Shown: one piece after another, positions 40,401 through 55,400 of the stretch | How the letters are laid out: every line of letters starts with the position of its first letter | Numbering within the stretch: position 1 is the first letter of the stretch | From: Haliotis cracherodii | Taxonomy: Eukaryota | DNA: 64,000 bases | Direction of reading: 5' to 3' | Assembly: GCF_022045235.1 (NCBI RefSeq) | Contig: NW_027266284.1 | Coordinates: 2,604,001-2,668,000 of the forward strand | Notes under the pieces: model-generated | The model's database searches: none | Told to the model about the DNA's origin: nothing | The model's input: the letters and a program-made list of their open reading frames with translations, nothing else | Translations under genes and position numbers: made by a program

Positions 40401-43400
40401 GCCAAGTCCACAGCCTTGATATATGTGATTCCAAACAGCAGATTATCACAGTCCATGACATCAGTTATCTCATTAAACCTTACTGCACGTAGACAAGATT
40501 GGTGAGATCTGCCCTCTGTGATACACACCTTCTGGAAGTACTGTGGCTTGTATGGGTCCTTGTACTGCTTGAGGGAAAACTCACACGTAGCGTACACCCT
40601 GAGTGTGTAGTGAATACTATTGTTCTTCTCGTACTGCGACACGACCAGCGTGTACAGTGATGTCCCCTTGTTCTCCACCAGTTTACACAGATAGTGCGGA
40701 CTGTTGATCCTCACACCATCCTTATAGGGTGGGGGATCATCTGCAATTGCAATTATAACCCATCATGAAGAGTATGAAAGCCACAGGGTATACAACATCA
40801 ACAAGACAGGGTTCATAATGAACAGCATCAACAAGACAGGGTCCATAATGAACAACATCAACAAGACAGGGTCCATAATGAACAGCATAGAAAAGACAAG
40901 GTCCATAATGAACAGCATCAACAAGACAGGGTCCATAATGAACAGCATCAACAAGACAGGGTCTATAATGAACAGCATCAACAAGACAGGGTTCATAATG
41001 AACAGCATCAACAAGACAGGGTCCATAATGAACAGCATCAACATGACAGGGTCCATAATGAACAGCATCAACAAGACAGGCTCCGTAATGAACAGCATCA
41101 ACAAGACAGGGTTCATAATGAACAGCATCAACAAGACATGGTCCATAATGAACAGCATCAACAAGACAGGGTCCATAATGAACAGCATCAACAAGACAGG
41201 GTCCATAATGAACAACATCAATATGACAGGGTCCATAATGAACAGCATCAACAAGACAGGGTCCATAATGAACAACATCAATATGACAGGGTCCATAATG
41301 AACAGCATCAACAAGACAGGGTCCATAATGAACAACACCAACAAGACAGGGTCCATAATGAACAGCATCAACAAGACAGGGTCCATAATGAACAACATCA
41401 ACGTGACAGGATCTACAACAAACAGCATAAACACGTACCTAGTATTATTAGTGACCCAGCATCTACATGGACAAACTGGGGCCCTCTTCTACTTTCACAC
41501 ACTGACACCTCATCTATTAGTACACACACAATAACTACTACAATATTGATGTGTCATAATAATGTGGCTTACTGAATAACAGACAAAAGTGGTGCTACTC
41601 ACAAGGGTAGAATACTCTCTTGCCTCCAGTCTTGTACACCAGCACGGTGATGAACTCCTTGTTGTCAGCAAAGTCATCCTGGAACACATATCAGAGAGGC
41701 ATTTCAAAAAATCAGACAGAGAATAAATGCACCAAGTCTCACAGAGAACCACTGCAACAAGTCACACAGAGAACCATTGCATAAATTTTCACAAAGACCG
41801 ATTGCATCAATTCTCACAGAGAACCATTGCACCAAGTCTCACAGAGAACCAATGCATCAATTCTCACAGAGAACCACTGCACCAAGTCTCACAGAGAACC
41901 ATTGCAACAAGTCTCACAGAGAACCATTGCAACAATCTCACAAAGAACCATTGCAACAAGTCTCACAGAGAGCCACTGCATCAAGTCTCACAGAGAACCA
42001 CTGCACCAAGTCTCACAAATAACCATTGCAGCAAGTCTCACAAAGAACCATTGCACCAAGTCACACAGAGAACCATTGCAACAAGACTCACAAAGAACCA
42101 TTGCAACAAGTCTCACAAAGAACCATTGCAACACATCTCACAGAGAACCATTGCAACAAGTCTCATAAAGAACCATTGCAACAAGTCTCACAAAGAACCA
42201 TTGCAACAAGTCTCACCACCATTGCAACAAGTCACACAAAGACCGATTGCATCAATTCTCACAGAGAACCATTGCACCAAGTCTCACAGAGAACCATTGC
42301 AGCAAGTCTCACAAAGAACCATTGCACCAAGTCACACAGAGGACCATTGCAACAAGGCTCACAAAGAACCATTGCAACAAGTCTCACAAAGAACCATTGC
42401 AACACATCTCACAGAGAACCATTGCAACAAGTCTCATAAAGAACCATTGCAACAAGTCTCACAAAGAACCATTGCAACAAGTCTCACCACCATTGCAACA
42501 AGTCACACAAAGAACCATTGCAACAAGTCTCACAAAGAACCATTGCAACACATCTCACAGAGAACCATTGCAACAAGTCTCATAAAGAACCATTGCAACA
42601 AGTCTCACAAAGAACCATTGCAACAAGTCTCACCACCATTGCAACAAGTCACACAAAGAACCATTGCAACAAGTCTCACAAAGAACCATTGCAACAAGTC
42701 TCACAACCATTGCAACAAGTCACACAAAGAACCATTGCAACAAGTCTCACAACCATTGCAACAAGTCTCACAAAGAACCATTGCAACAAGTCTCACAAAG
42801 AACCATTGCAACAAGTCTAACAACCATTGCAACATGTCTCACAAAGAACCATTGCAACAAGTCTCACAAAGAACCATTGCAACAAGTCTCACAAAGAACC
42901 ATTGCAACAAGTCTCACAAAGAACCATTGCAACAAGTCTCACAACCATTGCAACAAGTCTCACAAAGAACCACTGCAACAAGTCTCACAAAGAACCACTG
43001 CAACAAGTCTCACAACCATTGCAACAAGTCTCACAAAGAACCACTGCAACAAGTCTCACAAAGAACCATTGCCAAAAAGTCTCACAACCATTGCAACAAG
43101 TCAAACAAGAACAACTTTCCCTATCCCACATGACTTGCCTCATATGTGATATGTCAAATGACTTGGCTCATATGTGATATGTCACATGACTTGCCTCATA
43201 TGTGATATGTCACATGACTTGCCTTATCTGTGATATGTCACATGACCTGGCTTATATGTGACATGTCACATGACTTGCCTTATCTGTGATATGTCACATG
43301 ACTTGCCTTACGTGTGACATGTCACATGACTTGCTTTATCTGTAACATGTCACATGACTTTCTTTATCTGTGATATGTCACATGACTTGCCTTATCTGTG

Positions 43401-46400
43401 ACATGTCACATGACTTGCTTTATCTGTGACATGTCACATGACTTGCCTTATCTGTGACATGTCACATGACTTGCCTTATCTGTGACATGTCACATGACTT
43501 GCCTTATCTGTGACATGTCACATGACTTGCCTTACGTGTGACATGTCACATGACTTGCCTTATCTGTGACATGTCACATGACTTGCCTTATCTGTGATAT
43601 GTCGAGTGAGGAGGATCCACACAGCAGCAGACTTGCTGGCTTTGACCTCCAGGCGATACTGTGGGTTGTCACTTATATTGTAGCTGTCTTTCTTAGGCCC
43701 TTCCTTGGAATGCCAGGAACTGTTGGGACAAGAAACAGACTTTTACACTGCAGAGCTAACAAGTATTGAACAGTATCAAATATGTCTTAAACACTACGTC
43801 TTTACATGCAGGGGATGAAATGATACATGGGTAATCACCAACATCCACACTCCCGTTGTGGGGTCAAGGAACAAAGGTCCCCTTGCTTGCAAGATGGCAA
43901 TTAGTTATGTGATCAAAAGCATTTGTTGTATATTTAAACGCAAGAAGCAAAGTCATATAAACGAACTCGCTGTAGTCGGATCTTGCTCCAATCACTACGA
44001 GGGAGGTGACAATGCTGTACTGGTGTCTCATGACAAGCCTCTCCACAAGAGACTGACACCCTGCAGGAGCTGTCACGTACAAGAATGGCTGAACTGGTGG
44101 ACTTACTGGTGTATGCATGTTGTGTGTGTGAACAGCTCAGGACTCCAGTTGATGTAAAAGACGTCATAGAATGAACATAGGGAGTCATAGTCGATCCAGA
44201 ACACACCTGGCAACACAATGATCACAGTCCACAGACATAGCATCACATTTATCAGAGTTAAAAAGTAAACAGTGTATCCGTCAGCATGTGAAACAGTGCT
44301 TGTCAGAGGTAGAGAGCATTCTATTAAGTTGAAGAAATAGATGACACAAGAAAGTCAGAGGTAAACCTGTTACTGTGTTCATACCATTCATCTCACAGGC
44401 CAACTTTCATCTCACATACCATTATCAAACGTCTGAGCACTTTTTGGATCGTAGTTCAAGGCCTTCTGAAGGTCAGGAGTCCAGTGAGTTGTATCATGTT
44501 CCGAAAAATTTCCTTTCCAGCGTAAATGGTTCCAAGGATTCTTCAGCAAGAACAATCGCTGACCCTAGGGAGTGATACAACCAAAACTGAAGCACAACGT
44601 CTATAAAATAAAGAAATCATTCTTAGTGATGATATGTTTTCATATGACCTTTAAAATCTTTTTATCACTGACCTTGACCTCTCTGACATCCAACATGGCA
44701 TAGGCATGTGTTGGCACTAGTCCAGCTCTGTCGGCATGAGATTCTGACATTTCTCCTGTTGCAACAGTAACCAGACAATGTCCCTTGTGGAAGCGTTCCA
44801 GGAGTCTCTTGAACTCACGGTCCTTGTCAAACTCCTGACTGCCTGGTCTGATGGCCACTCTCTCTGGGATCCATCCAGTCAGGGCATGTAAGTCAATGTT
44901 CTGAAACAACATTTGGTACAGTGATTTCAGCTGTATTCTCAAAGAACAACAAATCATATCAATAAATCAAGCTGAACTGAGGATCTTGAAAGCCAAATCC
45001 ACAACAACTGAACGGGTAATGACAAGTAAATACATGCTTAATGTCTCTTTTATATTTTAGTGACATAAAATCCCATTCAATAACCGAATAAAGGTTTTCA
45101 CAAAACAACTGATATCAATTAGACATCTATTCCTACATACAGAGTTGGAACCCGGGAAGTCGTATCCACCCATGACCTTCATATAGGCCTTCTCCAGGAG
45201 GGACACCCACAGCTCATTCCGATTGGTGGAGAAGGAGCACAGGAGGTCGCCATGTTTACTAACTGGGAAGTAGTCGTCCAGGATAACCTGCAGCAGACAG
45301 AGTGTACATAGAGTGCATAGGGAACACATGGCTCGCTCTCCAGTCACATACAGCAGTACTTCTTAATGGCAGCATTTTTACTACTTGGTAGAAAAACCCT
45401 AAAGAAGCATGCTGATGTCAGCATCTTATTGCAATTGAAAAACAAAGTAGCTTTTGAAGTCATCACTACATGGCTACCTGGCAAGTACTTTAATGTGTCA
45501 CCAGATTTTCCTGATTCCCCATGACTTGGTTGCAAGGATGGTACTTAGACTGAAGAAGATGAAGGCAGGCGACTCCACCTACTGTCCACCTACCTTTCGA
45601 TGCACACCGTTGATGTTGAGTTTGACCATGTATTTCCCACATGGGTTGTACACAGGGTCTCCCTGACGGTTCTGGGGGTAAATGATGCTGCAAAGGACAG
45701 ATGAAAATGTGTAGAATGTATCTAAGCTAACCTAAATACACTAATTTGTAGTAAAACACAAACAGCAACAGTATATTCAGCCTAGAACACAGGAACAACA
45801 GTACTAACTAGCACTAAACAATGACCCGAGGACGTCAGAAGGACCTTTCATCCGAACATTCAGAGCGTCTTACCAGCTGATGAAAATGACAGTCGGAATG
45901 TGTTTCGTAATCATGCAACCCCCAAAAAGGTTAACACAAGGTATTCTGAATGACAGTTACAAGTTGTAGACTGATTCTGTCAAAAGCATTGTCTATACTT
46001 CAATGGGATAAACATTTGAACAAAAGAGACTATGCATATCCCATGGTAAGCTCTGTCATACAGTTTCGGCCATGTATAAGACATTCCAGAATATTCTTTT
46101 GTTTATTTTTCAAATTTTGAATTGTGAAAACAATCTTCAAAGCGTAGTCTAAAATGGAAGTAGCCAGTTTAAAACTAGCACTGTATAGCTTGAGAAAGCT
46201 GTTTTCTGATTGGCTAACATCAACTTCTTATCAGTCATTTCATTGATGGGTCAAAGAACATGAAAAGTTGTCCTCATGTGACCTGTAATGGGATGTCCTG
46301 AGATCTTTGTTTAGCCGTCGCTAGAACTAATGAGCTTGAGTTGACCAGTGGGCTGCCTGCGTCCCCACTCTCTCCAAGTTGAGGGTGTTGTGAGGATGTC

Positions 46401-49400
46401 ACACTCACTCACCTGGTGATCAGCTTCTTCTTGAACCTCCTCTCATACTGTGCACTGATGGCCACTGATGCTACAAAACTGCAGTCTGACACTATGGTCT
46501 GAAACACAACACTTTATATCAGGGCTGTTCCTGCTTTTCCAGTAAATCTCTTTCACAACTTATACAACACATAGTTATTTCATTATTGATATGAAGAGAG
46601 ATCAAACTGTCATTAACTTAAAATGGCAATTCAATTTGTCTGATGTTCTTTAAACAGTCCTCACCTGCCAAAATACAAGTAAAGCTCCTCACTAGTCAAT
46701 ATGTACAGACAGGTAATAGTCCCTACCTGCCTGATGTTCAGGTAACACTAATCACCTGTCTGATGTTCAGATAATACTAATCACCTGTCTGATGTACAGG
46801 TAACACTAATCACCTGCCTGATGTTCAGGTAATACTAATCACCTGTCTGATGTTCAGGTAACACTAATCACCTGTCTGATGTTCAGGTAATACTAATCAC
46901 CTGTCTGATGTACAGGTAACACTAATCACATGTCTGATGTACAGGTAACACTAATCACCTGCCTGATGTTCAGGTAACACTAATCACCTGTCTGATGTTC
47001 AGGTAATACTAATCACCTGTCTGATGTTCTGGTAACACTAATCACCTGTCTGATGTTCAGGTAACACTAATCACCTGTCTGATGTACAGGTAACACTAAT
47101 CAACCTCTGATGTACAGGTAACACTAATCACCTGTCTGATGTTCAGGTAACACTAATCACCTGTCTGATGTACAGGTAACACTAATCAACCTCTGATGTA
47201 CAGGTAACACTAATCACCTGTATGATGTTCAGGTAACACTAATCACCTGTCTGATGTTCAGGTAACACTAATCACCTGTCTGGTGTACAGGTAACACTAA
47301 TCACCTGCCTGATGTTCAGGTAACACTTATGATCTGTCTGATGTTCAGGTAACACTAATCACCTGTCTGATGAACAGGTAACACTAATCACCTGTCTGAT
47401 GTACAGGTAACACTAATCACCTGTCTGATGTACAGGTAACACTAATCACCTGTCTGATGTACAGGTAATATTCACAATCTCCTGATGAAGCTTTCCTCAC
47501 CTGTCTGATGCTAAAAGGAGAAACAGCCAGGATCATCTTGGGATCCTCACAGAAATCTTCAGCTCGAGCCCACTTGCCAAACTGTGACCTCTGTTTTGGG
47601 GACATAGCCAGCTTCCCATCCTTATCACTATAACAACATATCCAGAGTTACTTCCTATCCCTGTCACTAGAACATCATATCCAGAGTTACTTCCCTTCTC
47701 TGTCACTAGAACATCATATCCAGAGTTACTTCCCATCCCTGTCACTAGAACATCATATCCAGACTTACTTCCCTTCCCTGTCACTAGAACATCATATCCA
47801 GAGTTACTTCCTATCCCTGTCACTAGAACATCATATCCGGACTTACTTCCCTTCCCTGTCACTAGAACATCATATCAAGAGTTACTTCCCATCCCTGTCA
47901 CTAGAACAGCATATCCAGAGTTACTTCCCATCCCTGTCACTAGAACAGCATATACAGAGTTACTTTCCTTCCCTGATACTAGAACAGCATATCCAGACTT
48001 ACTTCCCTTCCCTGTCAATTGACCAACATATCCAGAGTTACTTCCCATCCCTGTCACTAGAACATCATATACAGAGTTACTCCCCTTCCCTGTCAATTGA
48101 CCAACATATCCAGAGTTACTTCCCATCCCTGTCACTAGAACATCATATCCGGAGTTACTTCCCATCTCTGCCACTAGAACAGCATATCCAGAGTTACTTC
48201 CCATCCCTGTCACTAGAACATCATATCCGGAGTTACTTCCCTTCCCTTTCAATTGACCAACATATCCAGAGCTACTTCCCTTCCCTGTCACTAGAACAGC
48301 ATATCCAGAGTTACTTCTAGTTACTGTCACTGTAACAGCATATCCAGAGTTACTTCCCTTTTCTGTCACAAGAACAGCATATCCAGAGTTACTTCCCATA
48401 TCCAGAGTTACTCCCCTTCCCTGATACTACAACAGCATATCCAAAGTTACTTCCCTTCCCTGTTACTAGACCAACATATCCAGAGTTACTTCCCATCCCT
48501 GTCACTAGAACAACATATCCAGAGTTACTTCCCTTCCCTCTCACTAGAACACCATATCCAGAGTTACTTCCCTTCCCTGTCTTTAGAACAACATATCAAG
48601 AGTTACTTCCAGTTACTGTCACTGGAACAGCATATTCAGAGTTACTTCCCATCCCTGTCACTAGACCATATATCTAGAGTTATTTCCCATCCCTGTCACT
48701 AGACCATATATCTAGAGTTATTTCCCATCCCTGTCACTAGAACAACATATCCAGAGTTACTTCCAGTTACTGTTACTGGAACAGCATATCCAGAGTTACC
48801 GTATTTCGAAATAATAAGCGCCCCGCTCTAATAAGCGCCCACGGCGATATTTGCTAATATATTGGCTAGTGAACAATACATATTAGCACCCCTTCCGATT
48901 GATCAATGTACAGAACACTTATTTATTCGCGTAAAATGCGCACTCGTGTTTTACTTGCACCCTTAATTATGGGCAATTAAATTCAGGGAAAATGTATTTC
49001 TCATATATAAACATTTCAGGCTGTCAGCATAAACCACAAAATTTATCTTTCAACTCTGTTTTTTCCCCACCAAAATAATATTCATATAAGAGCCCCCTAT
49101 TTCTAATTAGGGGGGCAGGCCCTGGGCGCTTATTACGTTGAATACGGTACTTCCCATCCCTGTCACTAGACCATATATCCAGAGTTACTTCCCATCCCTG
49201 TCACGAGAACATCATATCCAGAGTTACTTCCCCTCTAACTAGACCAACATATCCAGAGTTACTTCCCTTCCCTCTAACTAGAACCAAGCTCCTTCCCAGC
49301 GCGTGACACCTTCGTTACACTCTCGGTAACATCGCTGCCACCAGTGTGGGCGCGGCCATTTCAAGAATCTTGAAATTTGCCCTCCAACACCATATGTAGT

Positions 49401-52400
49401 AATGTTTATACTTTTGTTTATGTCTTTGGGAATGCCATCATATTTCAATTTGAAAAGGTTTACGACTGACCATGTTTTCCAGGATGAATTTACTTTGTTG
49501 TTTTGATAATCAGATTGGTTCGAGATTGCAGACTAACGGAAAATCAACCAACTTCTCCCTTACATTCTTACTATATCAATAACACGATAGTTTTAATGAA
49601 ACAGAAATTCAAATTGACAATAGAAGAAATTTATTTAGCAGCGATAAGTGTATTCGGCGTCACGACAGTCGTCACATGTTTGTAAACATAACGGCCATTC
49701 GGTTGCGAGTTCAACTCCAAGCATGGTTGTGGCCACCTATCACAGTGGGGAGTTTTGACTGGTGGCAGCGATAGTATAGAGAGCTCCGCGAACAGACTAT
49801 CGCTGTGGGAGCTTGTCACAAGAACATAATATCCAGAGATACATTGCAGGACACACTCCTCGTGTAAATGGTGTCCATGTCAAAAACAAAATAAGATATA
49901 AAGTCGTAGAGCTGAGACACAATTGCTCCACCTAGTGCAGTTGCTCCTTCCCCCTCCTCATCACATGGTGAGAGCTACTTACGTGAACGGCACTGGAAAG
50001 GCAAACCTCTCCTTCAGATCCACAGACAGAAATGGGACATATTCTCGACTGTTGATTTTTGAGGTGCTCCTGGAAATACAGAATGATAATTGCATTTCAA
50101 AGACACAAATTTTGTCAATGAACTGATTTCTCTGCTCATGTCAGTCCATTTATTGGCTTCAATTATTGTGTCTCTCACGATTCTATGTCACTGTCAATTC
50201 ACTTTGAAATCCAGACCACTTGCAAAAGAGTAGAGAAAAAACACTTAAGGTATGATTCCTTAGGCCAACATGTTGAGAAGTAACCTGGTATCAACACCAT
50301 ATTGATGTCATTATCCACGCTTCAGTGGAGACATAACAATTGGAAAAAATAGAACCATAGCACTGTAGCTCATCTACATATGTAGTCGACAGTTCGAAAT
50401 GACAACAAGGACAGACACTTATCAAAAGTTACTGTCAGCATTGATTTTCATTTCTTTTCTGCATTATTACTAGTGACTCAAATCTACCACTAAAATCTAA
50501 TGGTTTGACCAAAATACAATGTCATCAATACGAGTAGTAGTTAGTATTGCAGAGCAATGGCCGTAAATAGATCTTTCAATACACTGAAAATCTGATTCAA
50601 AAAGCTTAAATAAATTAAGGTGTCATCATTGGTGGGAACACGCATGTGCTTCATTGCTCGTGTGGTTTCAGTGAAGATGGTGCGTACACTACCAGGAAAC
50701 GTGGAAAGGTGAATTAAAGGTAAAAACATAGATTATTGTGAAAATAGGAGCATGTGTTGAGCCTTACTACTAACACACATACCATGTGTCATTACATTTT
50801 GATTCTGTAATGGATATAAATAGCTTCTTAATATAGTTGCCATGGTTGTTATATTGAAGTTCAGTCGCCTGAACAAATTCAGGGGTCATCATTGGTTGAA
50901 AGAAGCATGTGAACTGTGAAGTGAGGTGTCATAGGTCATTGGTTTCTGGAGGAGATGATTTTTAGAGTCTCATACAGTGAAGTGCTTTGCAGTTTCACAT
51001 AACCTTAACACAACAGACTTGCAAAATGCTCTAATAATATGTAACACTTGAACTGTTTTGGGGATATATACAATTATTAAACAGTAATTTGTTATATCCT
51101 TCAATAACAAATGATAAACAAAAAAAACCATTAAATATTAAACAGCTAAAAGACAAAGTACTACAGCTAGTACTGTTTCCTTCCATAATGGATTTACACA
51201 TCATACCTAATTACTGCTATCTCTTCCTTGGTGTAGGAGGAGGCCCCCACATTGGTTGGCCCTGAAGTCGGGGGAGGGGGGCCCGGCATCCCCTGGGGTT
51301 GTGGACGCGCCCGTGGTTTATCATCATCCTCTGAAAAGGCTCCAAAGCCAAGAGGGGGCATAACTCTTCCTGGTTGGTTTGGGAGTTGTTTCCCTTGGTT
51401 ATTATTAGGACTGAGAGGTTTGAGCTTCTTCTTCAAGTTTTCAGCTCTGTCAAAAAATAATAATTTGAAGCATTCTTATTATCTCCAGTGAAACCTCAGA
51501 TGAGTACAGTAGGGTACACCTCAACGTAATTAAGGTGACATTACTATGTACTAACTAGCAGGTGATCTGGAAATTCATCCCAATGATTTCACGGGGAACT
51601 GAACCATCTACAAAACAGGTTTCTGTATTTTACAGAAGTTGAAATGGGGATTGCCAGCTGTGACTGTTGCAACTGTGTTGTGAGTGGCTGTATACTACCT
51701 GTCCAGAGCCTGGGTTGCCATCTTTGTCACTTTAGTTTGGAGGGAGGAGTCGGTTGTATCATTTCTCTGTTAAAGTAAAAGTCAAAATGAGTACCAGGTG
51801 GTCATCTCATAACATCTGCATTTGGTGTCATGAAATAATACATTTAGAAATATTACTGCATATTAAACACAGAACTCTATATCAATCTACTTTCCTATAT
51901 TTAATGGCATGACCTACACATATGTGATTGTGTTTTCCAGTATTTACCCAGAATATAAGTCTGTCACAAATGATAAGGAAATGGACCTCATCCTCTAATA
52001 TTATACTACATATACATATACCATATGCTTTCTAGTTTCAGTGACAAAACAAATCCACATCTAAAGTGTACGAAAACTAAAAGCAATTTACAAATAGCTT
52101 AATTAAAAAACACAATAGGTTTATCTCCTTTGCTATAAAATAATGGAATCAACATTCTGATTGTTTGAAAAATACATTGTTTCTTGAAATTCAAGCCAAG
52201 GAAACATGAATATGCTTCCATATGAAATTTACAAACACATGGCATTTGGCATGGCAACAAGTTTATTGTGTTCTTCATATTGAATATTTGATTAATGTTT
52301 ATCAGAACATCCAATTTAAGTAGAATAGATATGGAGAAGGACAGATTTTCGAGAAGTGTTTGTAGTTTCAAGTCGTACTAATTAATATTCAAGCTATATG

Positions 52401-55400
52401 ACAGCAACATGTAAATAATCTAAAGTGTGGACCAGAAAATCCCTTGATCAACATAATCACCATTGATCCAAGCCATGTGGGCGCTATGAAACGCAATCAA
52501 GAAAGTTGTCGATCCTGACAACCCATTCTACAAGCTACCTCCTACACCAAGCACAGTTTGCTGTGGACCAAGTGTAATCTGGGAGCTTCCTGTGAAGGAC
52601 TGGTGTCTGACTCCAGCATATGACAAGGGACATTCACTTGGGACACATAGCTTATTCTAAGTAACACCAACTGTCTTTTAATAAAGAAATTTCAGGCATG
52701 TCAAACATGAAAAATTGGTGCTGTCATGAACAATGGATAGTTTGTATCATTCACTTCTGAACAATGCAGCAACGTGCAATGGGATCAGTCAGCATGGAGA
52801 ATCACCCATATGCACATCTGCATAGATTGGAAGGTAATTACACTTGCTCTTTCAATATCAAGGGTTATTATTTTTCAAACCAGGTGATTTAGTTTTCATG
52901 GAAACAGCCATTGAAGCACGAAGTCGTGTTTGTCTCACTGTGTGATTAGCAATATTCCAGCTACCTTACAGCACCCTGACACCACAGTCGGGGTATGATG
53001 ACACCCTATCAGCCAAGTCACTGAGCCGACCACCTGTTCTATACAGAATCATCACAGAATTACTACACAAAGAAGCTATGAAAGGGAGTGCTCCACAAAA
53101 AAAAAAAATAAACGTTAGTACTAACAACATTGACAATGTCAACAAATGTTATCAATACACATACACTTTTGCCACAAATACTCATTAACAATACTCCTGC
53201 AACAGATACCATTTATTTCATTAACAAACTTTGACACAAGATTGATATCTAACTAAGCCTAGCTGCCTGAAATGCTTCTTAATAGACTTAATAGGCATTT
53301 TGTATTTTTTTAATGATCCAGATTATAAGACAGCTAAATAGTTACTGAACTTCTTTCATAGGCATTTAGAATTACTAAGTAAGAATAAGAATTTATGGAA
53401 GAACAAGTTCTTTATTATAATTAAGAGCAACGTTTTGGTGTAGGTTCTAACACCATTAACATCAAGCAAGTGATATCAAGCCACAAGCTAGAACCATCAG
53501 GAGCAGTGTACCACATTCCGTGCAATTGTGGACAAGCTTACATAGGAGAAACATCTAGGACCCTCAAAACCCGAATTAAAGAACTTCAAAACTCAGTCTC
53601 CAAAGATGACTCCAAACCAGCTCTATCAGACCACATCCATGACAACCCAAGCCACAGCATTCAGTGGGATAAAGTCAAAGCCCTCACCACCAACCTCAAA
53701 GACTTCAAAATCAGAAAACTAAAGAAAAAGAAAAAGAGGCCATCAACATCAAAAGACTCCAACCGTCAATCAACTGTGACCATTCCCCCATCCTATCCCT
53801 GCCCCATCCCCCGTCGTACCATCAACTCATCAAAGACCCCAATCAGCCATAATCCCATTGTTTATAATTACTGGCTTCATCCTTTGTTTATGTCACTGAC
53901 TTCACCGATGATCGTCATTACTACCCTTGTGTGTACATAACAGGCTTCTCTCCTGCAGTATAACTACAGCTGATATCTACTCTACTGTATAAACATTGCC
54001 TCCTACCTGTATATATTCTTGTCAACCACACTCTGTATATCACTGATAATTGTGTTAGAACCTACACCGAAATGTAGCTCTTAATTATAATAAAGAACTT
54101 GTTCATCCATAAATTCTTATCCTTGAACAGTTACTTGTTTTCAGTGCATCTGATTCTGAATGTCATGTTGGACTACCTACTATTTTGATAAATAGTTCCA
54201 CAGCTTCTGAGTACAGTTCAACAGCATCTTCTTCATTGTCATTCTCATCCTCGTCAAATGCCTGATGAAGGAGGAACTGGGCTCGTTCCAGATCTTGCTG
54301 CAAGACACAATGACTCACTGTATACTACCCATAGTAACAGCATCAAGAGAGGAACTGGGCTCCAGATCTTGCTGCAAGACACAGTGACTCACTGTATACT
54401 ACCCATGCTAACAGCATCAAGAGGAGGAACTGGGCTCACTCCAGATCTTGCTGCAAGACACAGTGACTCACTGTATACTACCCATAGTAACAGCATCAAG
54501 AGGAGGAACTGGGCTCCAGATCTTGCTGCTAGACACAGTGACTCACTGTATACTACCCATGCTAACAGCATCAAGAGGAGGAACTGGGCTCCAGATCTTG
54601 CTGCAAGACACAGTCTCACTGTATACTACCCATGCTAACAGCATCAAGAGGAGGAACTGGGCTCACTCCAGATCTTGCTGCAAGACACAGTGACTCACTG
54701 TATACTACCCATGCTAACAGCATCAAGAGGAGGAACTGGGCTCACTCCAGATCTTGCTGCAAGACACAGTGACTCACTGTATACTACCCATAGTAACAGC
54801 ATCAAGAGGAGGAACTGGGCTCCAGATCTTGCTGCTAGACACAGTGACTCACTGTATACTACCCATGCTAACAGCATCAAGAGGAGGAACTGGGCTCCAG
54901 ATCTTGCTGCAAGACACAGTCTCACTGTATACTACCCATGCTAACAGCATCAAGAGGAGGAACTGGGCTCCAGATCTTGCTGCAAGACACAGTGACTCAC
55001 TGTATACTACCCATGCTAACAGCATCAAGAGGAGGAACTGGGCTCACTCCAGATCTTGCTGCAAGACACAGTGACTCACTGTATACTACCCATGCTAACA
55101 GCATCAAGAGGAGGAACTGGGCTCCAGATCTTGCTGCAAGACACAGTGACTCACTGTATACTACCCATGCTAACAGCATCAAGAGGAGGAACTGGGCTCA
55201 CTCCAGATCTTGCTGCAAGACACAGTGACTCACTGTATACTACCCATGCTAACAACATCAAGAGGAGGAACTGGGCTCCAGATCTTGCTGCAAGACACAG
55301 TGACTCACTGTATACCACCCATGCTAACAGCATCAAGAGGAGGAACTGGGCTCACTCCAGATCTTGCTGCAAGACACAGTGACTCACTGTATACTACCCA

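Noticed and set aside
40763-43177. Long repetitive ORFs of up to 468 aa
   Set aside because: They derive from 30-bp and 25-bp minisatellites inside CAPN7 introns.
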